DNA of 64,000 nt from Promethearchaeia archaeon (GTDB lineage Archaea > Asgardarchaeota > Lokiarchaeia > Sigyniarchaeales > SOKP01), in contig JAHQWK010000002.1 of NCBI GenBank assembly GCA_029856145.1, positions 32,001-96,000 of the forward strand, given 5' to 3'. A program made the translations under genes and the position numbers. Positions within the stretch are counted from its first letter, which is position 1, and every line of letters begins with the position of its first letter. Under the pieces are notes generated by a model. The model did no database searches and was not told the DNA's origin. It saw only the letters and a list, made by a program, of their open reading frames with translations. Positions 10,671 through 20,900 of the stretch are shown piece by piece.

Positions 10671-11519
10671 CTAAAATTCATAGCCACATTTCTTACATAC
10701 ATGTTTTTTAGCATACATGGGAATATGACCAACATAACTTAAGACTTTGCTCTTATCTTCCACGGTTTTAATGTTACCTCCCACAGCGCCGCACATAGGG
10801 CAGGTAATTCGTTCATCACTTGCAAATCCTCCCGCACCTATTTCTGGGGGTTTCAATTCTTCTAACTCAGATTCGACATCATGAAGATGCGCTGCTGTGG
10901 ATTCTAAGGATTGTTCTTTTTCAGTGACTCGGTCGCTTAATTCTTGAATTTGAGCATCTCTTTGTAGGAGAGTGTTATTTAGTTCGCTTAATTGTGAATT
11001 AAATTGAGTAATTTCACCTTGAGCAGTTGTGAGCTTAGAATTTAATTCTTCAACTTTATTATTAGCATCATTAAGTTGATTTTCTAAATCAGAAGCTTTT
11101 TCTAATTCTGAAGATATATTTAATATTTTTTCATTGAATTCAGCAATTTTTGTCTCATTAATAGCTAATTTGTTTTCTAGATCTTCAGATTTAGATTTAT
11201 ATTCTGCTAATTCCGTTTTAAGATTATTATTTTCAGTATTTAAATCCCGAATTACATCTTGATCATCTGTTTTAGTCTTTTCAAGATCAGTTTTAGTGTC
11301 TGTTAACTGGTTTTCTGTTTGTTCAAATTTACTACTAGTTTCGTCTAAGTCATTCAGAGTATCTGCTAGTCTATCTTTTGTTTGAGCTAATTCATTTTTG
11401 GTGTCAGCTAGTTGTTTTTCTAGATCATTAACTTTAGATCTGAGATCTAATAAGAATTTTCCTTCAACCGATAATTTTTTTTCAGGTTTTGCTTCTGCTT
11501 TTGCCCAGTCGATTGGCAA
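10671..11519 (-). CDS. long coiled-coil protein with C-terminal zinc ribbon
   Basis: ~200 aa of heptads, then CPMCG...CKKCGYEF. Confidence 0.85.
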   Translation of the reverse strand: MPIDWAKAEAKPEKKLSVEGKFLLDLRSKVNDLEKQLADTKNELAQTKDRLADTLNDLDETSSKFEQTENQLTDTKTDLEKTKTDDQDVIRDLNTENNNLKTELAEYKSKSEDLENKLAINETKIAEFNEKILNISSELEKASDLENQLNDANNKVEELNSKLTTAQGEITQFNSQLSELNNTLLQRDAQIQELSDRVTEKEQSLESTAAHLHDVESELEELKPPEIGAGGFASDERITCPMCGAVGGNIKTVEDKSKVLSYVGHIPMYAKKHVCKKCGYEF

Positions 11520-11715
11520 TTTTGATAACCTCGATTTTAAATTTTGAATTAATTTTATGAATTAAATTTATTAATAATATATAAATCATAGTGTATTAAG
11601 TTTTTAATTATTTTTACTTTTAGAGTTCAATTTCTTAGATTAAGTATTATAATTTAATTATTTTCAAAATTATAATATATTATAAAGAAATCAAAAATGA
11701 AGAAAGATTATTTAA

Positions 11716-12582
11716 ATGGAAACTACAGATGATTCACAATTCAAGATTGAATATATTTCTACCTCAGGAGTGTTTAAAACACCGTTTACACTGATTATTC
11801 TTCTACAATTTATAGTTGGATGCTTAATTATTATATTAATCAATTTATGGTTCTATAATGATCTTTATTATCTCTTAACAGGAAAAAAAATTATACCATT
11901 TCTTTTAATAGGTCAGTGGTGGGAATGGTTTCTCCTTCCTCTGAATATTTATGGTAATCTTCTATTATTTGCATTTTCTATTATTTTATTCTCAGCAGTA
12001 ATTTTTAAAATTTTAAATAAACTGCATCCACCGGAAGAGGGCATATTTGAAAGAGGCAGTAAAGAGTGGAAATATACCCATCGAAGATTTTGGACCGCAT
12101 ATTTTCCAATTTGGCTAGCAAGGTCTCTACCTTTGCCATGGTCAGATATTTTTGTTTATCGTTTTCTAGGGGTTCATATAGGAAGGAATGTGGTTGCTTA
12201 TGAAGGATATATAGATCCAGAATTAATCGAGATTGGAGATTTTACTATGACCTCACTAAATATTTGTATATTTTCACATCTAATTTATCAAGATAGAATC
12301 TTTATTAAAAAAGTAAAAATAGGAAAAGCGTGTATTGTTGGGCCACACACTATAATAAGCCCTGGGACGGTACTTCAAGATGGAGCAATTTTAGGTGTAA
12401 ACAGCTATACTTGGATAAACCAAGTATTAGAAGGAGATTTGATTCATGTGGGAATCCCTGTAAGCATGACACTTCCAATTCAATCAGTTGAACAATCTCA
12501 AAAAAAAGCAGAGAAAATAAAAAGTGAATCGTTGGAAGAAACTAATCTCGATAATAAAAGCAAAGGTGGAGGGAGCAACTAG
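11716..12582 (+). CDS. membrane-bound hexapeptide-repeat (LbH) acyltransferase-like protein
   Basis: N-terminal TM helices; LGVHIGRNV, VKIGKACIVG...ISPGTVL hexapeptides. Confidence 0.8.
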   Translation: METTDDSQFKIEYISTSGVFKTPFTLIILLQFIVGCLIIILINLWFYNDLYYLLTGKKIIPFLLIGQWWEWFLLPLNIYGNLLLFAFSIILFSAVIFKILNKLHPPEEGIFERGSKEWKYTHRRFWTAYFPIWLARSLPLPWSDIFVYRFLGVHIGRNVVAYEGYIDPELIEIGDFTMTSLNICIFSHLIYQDRIFIKKVKIGKACIVGPHTIISPGTVLQDGAILGVNSYTWINQVLEGDLIHVGIPVSMTLPIQSVEQSQKKAEKIKSESLEETNLDNKSKGGGSN

Positions 12583-12585
12583 CAT

Positions 12586-13323
12586 ATGTTTCAACCAGCA
12601 AGTTTAAAAGGAGATTCTCCAACTCCAATAGATGAGAGCATTAGAAATAAATATCTTACTCTATATTTTGTCACAATTATTTTAAGTTTTATACCTTGTG
12701 TGTTGTTTGAATGGATTTATGCTGTTTTTCTTTGGAAAGAAGGATTGTATTTGTTGTTCATTTTTTTATTTCCTTGTAATATCTTAGTTTTAATTCATTT
12801 ATTACAAGTAAGTGCCATTTTATTTTCTGTTTTATTTTTAACCGTATTAAAACTTATATATCCTCCAAAAGAAGGAATATTTAGTAGAAATATCAAAGAT
12901 AAGAATTATTTTTATTGGAATTTGAGAAATATTGTTAAAAAATGGCCACTTTTTATTAATGCTTCAAACCCATTTCCATGGTTCAAAAATCGGTTTACAC
13001 TTCGATTTTTTGGAGTAAAAATTGGAAGAAATGGAATACATGATAATAGTTGGATCTCCTCTGAATTTGTTTCTATAGGTAAAAATGTTATTATTGGAAT
13101 GAATAGTAATATTTTGAGTTTTGGAATTGAACAGGATAAATTTATTTTAAAGAAAATAGTTATAGAGGATGATGTTTTAATTGGAGCTAAATGTGTATTA
13201 CTTCCAGGAACTTATATAAAGCGAGATACAAAATTATCTGCTCATTCTTATACAAATTTCAATCATGTATTACATGAAAAATCAATATATATAGGTCATC
13301 AGGCAAAATTAAAAGAGAATTAA
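12586..13323 (+). CDS. membrane-bound hexapeptide-repeat (LbH) acyltransferase-like protein, paralog
   Basis: TM helices, PPKEGIF motif shared with the upstream gene, FGVKIG, IEDDVLIGAKCVLLPG. Confidence 0.8.
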   Translation: MFQPASLKGDSPTPIDESIRNKYLTLYFVTIILSFIPCVLFEWIYAVFLWKEGLYLLFIFLFPCNILVLIHLLQVSAILFSVLFLTVLKLIYPPKEGIFSRNIKDKNYFYWNLRNIVKKWPLFINASNPFPWFKNRFTLRFFGVKIGRNGIHDNSWISSEFVSIGKNVIIGMNSNILSFGIEQDKFILKKIVIEDDVLIGAKCVLLPGTYIKRDTKLSAHSYTNFNHVLHEKSIYIGHQAKLKEN

Positions 13324-13329
13324 AAGAAT

Positions 13330-14925
13330 ATGATTTCTGAAAAAAGTGTGAAATTAAATACTGAAAAAGAAAAAGTATCAAAAAAAAGAATAGTAATTGT
13401 ATCGGATACCCACATCAGTCGAGCTAGAGGACCTTTTAATCTTCACGCTTATAATTTAGGTATACAACAAATAAATAAGATAAAAGATGTTGATCTGTAT
13501 TTACATCTTGGAGATATTACTCATACCGGCACTCTTTTAGAATATGAATATGCTATGGAGCAATTCAAGAAGTTTAAACCAATTTCTGAATGCCCATTAA
13601 TGATTCTAATTGGAAATCATGACGCTATGAATGTTGGGTATCTTTTGTTCGAGGAAATGATCGGTAGAAGGCATTATGAATATGAAGATGATGAATTATA
13701 TATAATTGGAATAGATAGTACTAAACCAGACTTGCCGGGAGGGATTATTCATCATAATGTAATTGAAGCAGTAAGAAAGAGATTAGATAAACCAGAACGA
13801 GAGAATAAATTCAAAGTAATATGTTTTCACCATCAACTCATCCCAATTCCATATACAGGGAAAGAAAGATCTGCAATTGATGATTCAGGAGATATGCTAA
13901 AAATGCTTCTAGATACAAAAGCAGATTTAGTGTTAAATGGTCATAGACATACTTCAAATTTATATACTGTGAGTAGTAGTGAAAAAGATTTATTCATTTT
14001 TAATGCGGGAACATTTAGTTGTAATAAAACAAGATATCGAGATTTGTTTACTTATTCTATCATTGATATAGACCAAACCAATCTTACTTTTAAGATAATT
14101 CCAATATTGGATTCTAATGCTAAAAAACAAATTCATCGAAATGTTAATTATTATCTCCCATTGGAATTAAATAAAGATCAAAAGCCGATTTGTAAGTTTA
14201 TACAGTTTTCACATTCTTTAATTAATGAAGAATCGAGAAAGGAGATTACTAATCTTGATAAGGCTATTGAGCGAATAAATAGAATTGAGGATGTAGATTT
14301 AGTCGTCCATGCTGGAAATGTAACTCAAAATAGTTATAAAGAAGAATTTAAAATAGCGAAAGAAAAAATAAGTAAATTAAAATATCCATATTTAGTTGTA
14401 CCAGGAAATACGGATTCAAAACCGCCCGCTTGGGAATATTGGGAACAATATTTCGGTGAATTTGATCCTTTATATGAAAATGATAAATTATATTTTCAAG
14501 GATTAAATTCTACCACTCGGGATTCCACTGAAGGTTTTATTGGTAGAAAAAAAATGAACAAGTTTATAGAGAAGGTTTTATCTCTTAGTCATCAAAAGAT
14601 ATTCGGAGTTTGTTGTTTTCATAGTTTAATTCCTACTCCTTTAAGTGTATGGAGGACAGAATTAATAGATTCAGGTGACGTACTTTCTCAATTTGCACGT
14701 TCACAAATTGATCTTTGTTTAAATAGTTCGCCCAGTATTTCATTTAATGTAAAAATTGATCATACTATCTTTTCTAATGGGGGAAACCTTAATCTAAAAC
14801 GTTTTAATGAGACCTTTATTGAAGTTGACATTTATAAAAAAGGGAATGTTGTATTAAAAGAACATGATTTGAAAACGGGTCTCGTAAAAACAGTTGGTAA
14901 TTATAATATAACTATTTTTATTTAA
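13330..14925 (+). CDS. tandem calcineurin-like metallophosphoesterase (second domain degenerate)
   Basis: Domain 1: SDTH, GDIT, GNHD, HH, GHRH; domain 2: SHS, AGNVT, GNTD, FHS, no GHxH. Confidence 0.88.
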   Translation: MISEKSVKLNTEKEKVSKKRIVIVSDTHISRARGPFNLHAYNLGIQQINKIKDVDLYLHLGDITHTGTLLEYEYAMEQFKKFKPISECPLMILIGNHDAMNVGYLLFEEMIGRRHYEYEDDELYIIGIDSTKPDLPGGIIHHNVIEAVRKRLDKPERENKFKVICFHHQLIPIPYTGKERSAIDDSGDMLKMLLDTKADLVLNGHRHTSNLYTVSSSEKDLFIFNAGTFSCNKTRYRDLFTYSIIDIDQTNLTFKIIPILDSNAKKQIHRNVNYYLPLELNKDQKPICKFIQFSHSLINEESRKEITNLDKAIERINRIEDVDLVVHAGNVTQNSYKEEFKIAKEKISKLKYPYLVVPGNTDSKPPAWEYWEQYFGEFDPLYENDKLYFQGLNSTTRDSTEGFIGRKKMNKFIEKVLSLSHQKIFGVCCFHSLIPTPLSVWRTELIDSGDVLSQFARSQIDLCLNSSPSISFNVKIDHTIFSNGGNLNLKRFNETFIEVDIYKKGNVVLKEHDLKTGLVKTVGNYNITIFI

Positions 14926-15072
14926 TTATAATTAATATGGTTATAGAGTGTTTCACTAAGTTCAATATAAGCGCTATACTTAATAAAAAATAACCTTAAT
15001 AAGGATATTTTTTTTATAAAAATAGGCAATACATATTAATTGAATAATAGATATCAGAGGAAAAACATTTTT

Positions 15073-15354
15073 ATGGCTAAAGTGAAACTTAACTTATTAA
15101 ATATTTTTCAGCTTAGAATTAATAAAAAATCTATAAACTATGAAGGCAAAACCGTTAGGGATGTAATCTCTCAGTTTTTAAGCGAAAATAGAGAGAAACT
15201 CGATGTTGAATTATTAGATAAAGACAAGAAAAAGTTTAATTCTCATGTACTTATTCTATTAAACGGTAGAAATATAAAATATCTGAAAAACTATAAAACC
15301 AACCTTAAAGATGGAGATGATCTCTACTTATCTTATGCTTTAGCTGGAGGTTAA
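15073..15354 (+). CDS. MoaD/ThiS/SAMP-family ubiquitin-like protein
   Basis: ILLNGRNI...LKDGD and C-terminal AGG; ATG at 15073. Confidence 0.88.
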   Translation: MAKVKLNLLNIFQLRINKKSINYEGKTVRDVISQFLSENREKLDVELLDKDKKKFNSHVLILLNGRNIKYLKNYKTNLKDGDDLYLSYALAGG

Positions 15355-15502
15355 AAATTTAAGGTTTTTAAACATTAAGCTTAAATAATAAAATCATCAT
15401 TATTTCTTTGCCTAAAGTGATCATTTATTAATTATTCTTAATATTGAATATTTTAGAAGACATATCATTAAAAACAACATATTATCTATTTGGTGATTTT
15501 TT

Positions 15503-16438
15503 ATTACAAAAAGAATTTCAGTAATAGGCCTCGATAACGCCGGTAAGACTAGTATTATAACAGTTATTACCAGACGCTTCGGTTTTGAAGATGAGATAGC
15601 TAGATTAACACCAACAAGAAGAATTGCCCGCGATTCATTTAAATTTCTTGGTATTGAATTTACGAGAATGGATTTTGGAGGTCAAAAACAATATAGAGAA
15701 GAGTATTTAAAACATCCAAAAAAATATCTTAGTGGAACAGATTTAATGTTCTATGTTATAGATGCTCAAGATTTTAATCGGTATATAGAATCTATAGATT
15801 ATTTAGAAGAGGTTTTACTTTTTTTCAAGGAAGAACAAGATTATGTTCCAATCTGCATTCTTTTTCATAAGTTCGATCCCCAACTTGTAGATGATGTACA
15901 AATCAATAAAAGAATTCTCACTTTAAAGCAAGCATTAACAAGGTACTCTAATGATTTTGACATATTTTTCTTTGAGACGACAATTTTCGATATAAAATCA
16001 ATTATGGATGCCTTCTCAAGCGGGTTATCCATGTTATTCGAGAAGATGGAAATGGTTTCACAATTATTTTCAGAAATTAGTAAAAACTATAATTCCATTC
16101 TTATAGCATTATTTGATTCTAAGGGGGTAACTCTAGGAGAGTATTATAGGTCTCATCTCCAATTGAAGGAAAAAATAAAGATTTATGAAATTTATTTAGA
16201 ATTACAAAAGCGTGTAGTTGCCGAGAATAGAACCCTTCTTGAGTTTTCAGATAAATTTGAAAGTGGAGAAAGGTTTTCAGGTATAATTGAAGTTCTCCAA
16301 TTCGGAAATCTTGATTTTTATTTATTATTTATTGTCGAAGAAGATAAAGCTGATTTAGAGAAAACAATATCACTTATAGATAGAATTGAATCAGCAAAAC
16401 CTCAAATGAAGAATCTTATTTTACAAATAATTCAATAA
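15503..16438 (+). CDS. Rag/Gtr1-like small GTPase with C-terminal roadblock-like domain; probable ATT start
   Basis: Frame extends 55 codons upstream of the listed ATG and includes GLDNAGKT and PT; then DFGGQ, HKFD, TTIFD; in-frame TGA at 15494-15496. Confidence 0.85.
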   Translation: MTKRISVIGLDNAGKTSIITVITRRFGFEDEIARLTPTRRIARDSFKFLGIEFTRMDFGGQKQYREEYLKHPKKYLSGTDLMFYVIDAQDFNRYIESIDYLEEVLLFFKEEQDYVPICILFHKFDPQLVDDVQINKRILTLKQALTRYSNDFDIFFFETTIFDIKSIMDAFSSGLSMLFEKMEMVSQLFSEISKNYNSILIALFDSKGVTLGEYYRSHLQLKEKIKIYEIYLELQKRVVAENRTLLEFSDKFESGERFSGIIEVLQFGNLDFYLLFIVEEDKADLEKTISLIDRIESAKPQMKNLILQIIQ

Positions 16439-16451
16439 ATATTAATAAAAG

Positions 16452-16564
16452 CGCAGCTGGAGGGATTCGAACCCCCGAGCGCTTTCGCGCACCGGCTTTC
16501 TTGATTATTTGACCATACCAAATAAGACTCGAAGCCGGCGTCTTACCATCTAGGCTACAGCTGC
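16452..16564 (-). tRNA. tRNA-Ser(CGA) with 30-nt intron at 37/38 (16498-16527)
   Basis: Acceptor GCAGCTG/CAGCTGC, G discriminator, anticodon stem CCGGC/GCCGG, long variable arm, GGTTCGAATCC T-arm; intron forms a TTATTTGG/TCAAATAA hairpin. Confidence 0.93.
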
Positions 16565-16701
16565 TTTCCTATTTTTTTAAATGATTTTCTAATAATCTTA
16601 AAATATGATAAGTATAAATTTATTTCTCTTTTTTTAAACAGCAAAATCAAATACTAAGTATTTAATTAAAAGAAATTCCTTAAACTGAATAACAGGTAAT
16701 T

Positions 16702-17007
16702 TTAAGACGAAGGAACATAAATTTTCAATTTTAAGGATGAGTCAAATAATTTAATCAAACCTTCTTCTTCATATTGTTTTAAGAGTAATTTTACTGTGGA
16801 GACTCTAATATCATATCTAAGAGCGATATCTGTTGCTAGAATTGTCTTTTTCTTTAAGATTGATTCTTTTATTTCTTTTTCAAGCTGTTTTGGAATAAAA
16901 GCATCTCTCTCAACAACATTTATTTGTTTAGTTCTTCCATATTTTCTTCTTAGGTTTAGCGTAGTCTTTCTCACTATTTGCTTTTCTTCCTTTTCTGGCA
17001 TCAACAA
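16702..17007 (-). CDS. rps25e: 30S ribosomal protein S25e (eS25)
   Basis: ~100 aa basic protein with winged-helix ILATDIALRYDIRVSTVKLLLKQYEEEGLIK...IYVP. Confidence 0.8.
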   Translation of the reverse strand: MLMPEKEEKQIVRKTTLNLRRKYGRTKQINVVERDAFIPKQLEKEIKESILKKKTILATDIALRYDIRVSTVKLLLKQYEEEGLIKLFDSSLKLKIYVPSS

Positions 17008-17149
17008 TCACATATTATTAATTTAAATATTGAAAATAAAGGCTGAATGAAATTATAAATATTTAAAATTTAATAAAATTTTTGTTTTAATAGTAAACAT
17101 TAGATTTCTAGGTTTATTAGCTAATTAAAATATTCAGACTCAATAGAAT

Positions 17150-17782
17150 TTGAGCGATAATTATAGTTTTAACATTAAAAGAAGAAGACCAGAAGAAATC
17201 TATAATAATGCCTCAGACTACTTTAGAGGAGAAATCTTAGAACAATATGCTACCTCTAAAAATATTATGAAAATACAAGAAAAAATTACAATCCGAGCAT
17301 TAGAGATTTTAAATCTTAGTGAAAAAGATGTTCTTATTTTGGATGCTGGTACTGGTCCCGGATTTACAGCAATGTATTTAAATGAAATAGGATATAAAAC
17401 TGTGGCTATTGATATAATATCAGAGTTCTTAAATTATTATGATATAAAAACTTTAAATCCCGTTGCATCAGATATGTGTTTTCCACCTTTTAAACCGCAT
17501 ATTTTTGATGCTATTATCTCAATTTCCTCATTGCAATGGATCTATAGAGAACTAAATAATAAATCGATGAAGGATCAGATAATTAATCTAGCAAAATCTT
17601 TCTATATGATTTTAAAACCCAAAAAAAAAGTTGTATTTCAATTTTATCCTAAAAATAGAGACATTCTTGACAGAATTGGTAAAATATTTTTAAATGAAAC
17701 TGCTTTTACCGGCCACTTTATTATAGATAATCCTAAAAGCCCAAAGAAAAGGAAGATTTTTTTGTTTTTAGAAAAGGATTGA
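17150..17782 (+). CDS. Bud23/WBSCR22-like SAM-dependent rRNA guanine-N7 methyltransferase
   Basis: RPEE, IQEKITIRALEILNL, ILDAGTGPG, FDAIISISSLQW, FQFYPKN, IIDNPKSPKKRKIFL follow the Bud23 motif order. Confidence 0.8.
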   Translation: MSDNYSFNIKRRRPEEIYNNASDYFRGEILEQYATSKNIMKIQEKITIRALEILNLSEKDVLILDAGTGPGFTAMYLNEIGYKTVAIDIISEFLNYYDIKTLNPVASDMCFPPFKPHIFDAIISISSLQWIYRELNNKSMKDQIINLAKSFYMILKPKKKVVFQFYPKNRDILDRIGKIFLNETAFTGHFIIDNPKSPKKRKIFLFLEKD

Positions 17783-17930
17783 CATTTCTTCATTTTCTTA
17801 TTCTTATTTTCTAATGAAATTCCAAATTTTCTTAAAACAGAATTAGTTTCAGTATTTTTTTATAGATAATATTAAATTAAGATTTTTCTATATGTTAGTT
17901 AAAAAAATTTAACCACAAACTTATAAAAAA

Positions 17931-20900
17931 ATGATTAAAATGAATATTTCTAAAAATACTCAAATAAAAGGACTTAGTGTTCTCTTTCTTATTACTATAA
18001 TTCCTTTAATATTCGGATTACTACCAAATTCAAATGTAAATCTAGATAATTCTGTCGAAAGTGGACAAAATCAGGAACCAAAGAATTTACAGCTAGGTTT
18101 ACCACCAACTTCTTATGATTGGTGGAACAATTCGTGGAATTTCCGAGTTCCTGTATCAATTGAAGCAGTAGGGAGCCAACAAGAGGCACCAGTTGAGCTT
18201 TATATAAATTTTACTGAATACTTTGATGATTTAGATATACAAGATTCTGTGTTAAATATATCAACTATCCGTGTAATTGAATATTTCTCAAGTTCCAGTT
18301 ATTATGAAGTCGAGAGTCAATTTGACCCATATTTAAATTCTTATGATAGCCAAACCAATGCAGCAGGAGATTTAATTTGGATATTAAATGGTACAACTCC
18401 AAACGGGCAAATTCGGGATTTTTTTATTTATTTTAACAATGGAACGGATTTTAAGATTACCGATCCAAATTATGACACTATAAGGCTTTGGCATGAAGGT
18501 TTTGAGGATTATCAGTCTGGAGATATTGTAAGACCGATTGATGGACAAGATAATTATCATCCAACTTTCTGGGAAATCAGTAATTCAACTTCAGCAAGAG
18601 GAAGTTCCTCTCTGCGGATTTGGGGAAATTGCTGGAAAATGTCTCCTACAGGTTCAATGCCTGTAAATTCAGACATGAGAGTTACTGCAAAAATGAGATT
18701 TGACGATCCGAGTATTCAAAGAGAAATTTCTGGAATTGGATTCGATAATTCCCCAAATAATATTCCTAGTAGTGCAAATAGTTATAATATACGAGGTTCC
18801 CAATCTTGGGGTGCTGCAGGCGGTTATAAATTTAGAAATCAATATTACGCAGCAAACACCTTTTTCTGGTATACATTCATTCCTAGCACGGAATTTTCTT
18901 TAAGTCCATTTACTCACATCGTTTATGTAGCTGATGATGACAGTTGGACAAGTCTTGATTTGTATTGGGATGATATTTCGATATGGAATAAACCTGTCCA
19001 GACAACTCCAAATAATTCAATTCAAACAACAATGGGAGATATTCAACCAATCGCCTATACATTAAAAGTTATTTGTAAAGATGAAGATAGTAATCGTGTT
19101 TCTAATGCTCACATTTACTTAACCAATAACAATTTTCCTTCATACAACCAAGATCATGAAACTGATGAGAATGGTGAATGGACATTTGAAGGAATAGAAA
19201 AGGATGCATTATATAATATCACAGCTAACTATACGCAAAATGGTCTTACTAATCCAAAAACGGCTACAGTATTTTCTTATGAAAATTATCCAATTACCCA
19301 ATTGAACAATCGGATTATTGCTTATCTTAACTTAGCAAAATTCAACTTTGATATAAAAGATAAAGATAATGATTCGATTCAATATGGTTTTGTTCTACTC
19401 AAAGATGGAACAGAAACTGTAGGAAAAACGGTACTTAGCGATTCTGGGACTGGATCCATTACATGGGTAAATACCACAGCTTATGACTACGAAGCTTACT
19501 ATGATTATGATTCACTTCCAGATATATCAACGTATAGATATTCAAATTTACTGATTCATAATAATTCGATAATATCTAAAGATATTGATGTAAATACTGA
19601 AATTACAAAAACAACTTTTAATGTTACTGATAGTACTGTGGAGAAGGTACCTTTTACTAATGCTAAATTAAGATTTTATAACACATCTGATTATGATATT
19701 GAGCACCAAATAATTGCTAATGTGACAGTTGATATTAATGGATTAGCCACATTCATCTCATTCAGCAACACTTATGGAACTTGGGGAGATTATACAGTAG
19801 ATATCTATTTTGGTGGTTCTGAACAAGACTTTCATGTTGTTGGAGGTCCACCTTTAGTACATGAGCATGATTTCATTTTAAGGACTGAAAACTATACACA
19901 GATTGAAATACCTTTGAATAAGGATCTATATAATTCTACTGTGAATATAATAAGTTATACTTCTAATGTATTTTGGGGAGATGATATTACAATAAACTTC
20001 AATTTTACAGCACAATATCCTCTTGGGCCAACGCCCACATTAGTAGATCCAGATGAACTAACCATACAAATGTATGAAGAACAAATAACTCCTTATGGAG
20101 GAGATGTCGATATTCTAGCTTCGAGGATTTCTACTGGAGTTTTTAGCTATACATTTAATACAGGAGATTTCAACTTAAATGGAGATTCTATTTATTACTT
20201 CAGAATTACTGGAAATTATAAGAGTTATGTATTTATAGCTTTAGATGTAAAATTCATCTTCATTCAGGGATTACCAACTGGGATAACATATTATGACTAT
20301 TCTTTAACAGAGTTAACTGATCAAAGATTTTCAGTAATATTTGGCGAATCTGTCAACATAACTGTTGATTATTTTAATAGCTATACCAATGCTTCTTTAG
20401 ATGGAGCTTATATTACATACGATTGGGATTATGGTTCTGGAATCCTCCTTGATGATCCATTACACGCGGACCTATATTATTTTGAATTTGATTCTTCAAC
20501 AACACCCAATAGCGCTGAATATATAATCGATATTGAAGCAACACTTACAAATTTTAGCACTATTGATGACTCAATTATTGTCGCAATCCAACCTAGACCC
20601 ACCACTATTAATGGAACAGCTACTCTCTTTCAAAAGTCACCCAATATCTATGTTTTTGACTCCGTTAACTATTTATTTGAATATAAAGATGCCCTACGAG
20701 ATATTACACTCGGAAATTTAGATGTTATTAGATATTATTGGAATAGGTTAGATGAAAATGGAGATCCTCTTAGTGGCTCTGGAAACGAAGGAAGCGGATT
20801 TTTGAGCAGTGGACCAAATAATTTGTATATTCTAGATTTCGATACAGAACTGAGAGAAGTTGGAGAATATTCTTTATTTGTTACAATGCAAAAAAATAAT

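Noticed and set aside
15494-15496. In-frame TGA before the GTPase as selenocysteine
   Set aside because: The TGA is part of the GGTGA RBS, lies outside any redox motif, and no SECIS-like hairpin was evident.
16452-16564. tRNA as an integration site for the receptor array
   Set aside because: No duplicated tRNA 3' end or integrase was seen, and the flanking genes are core-type.
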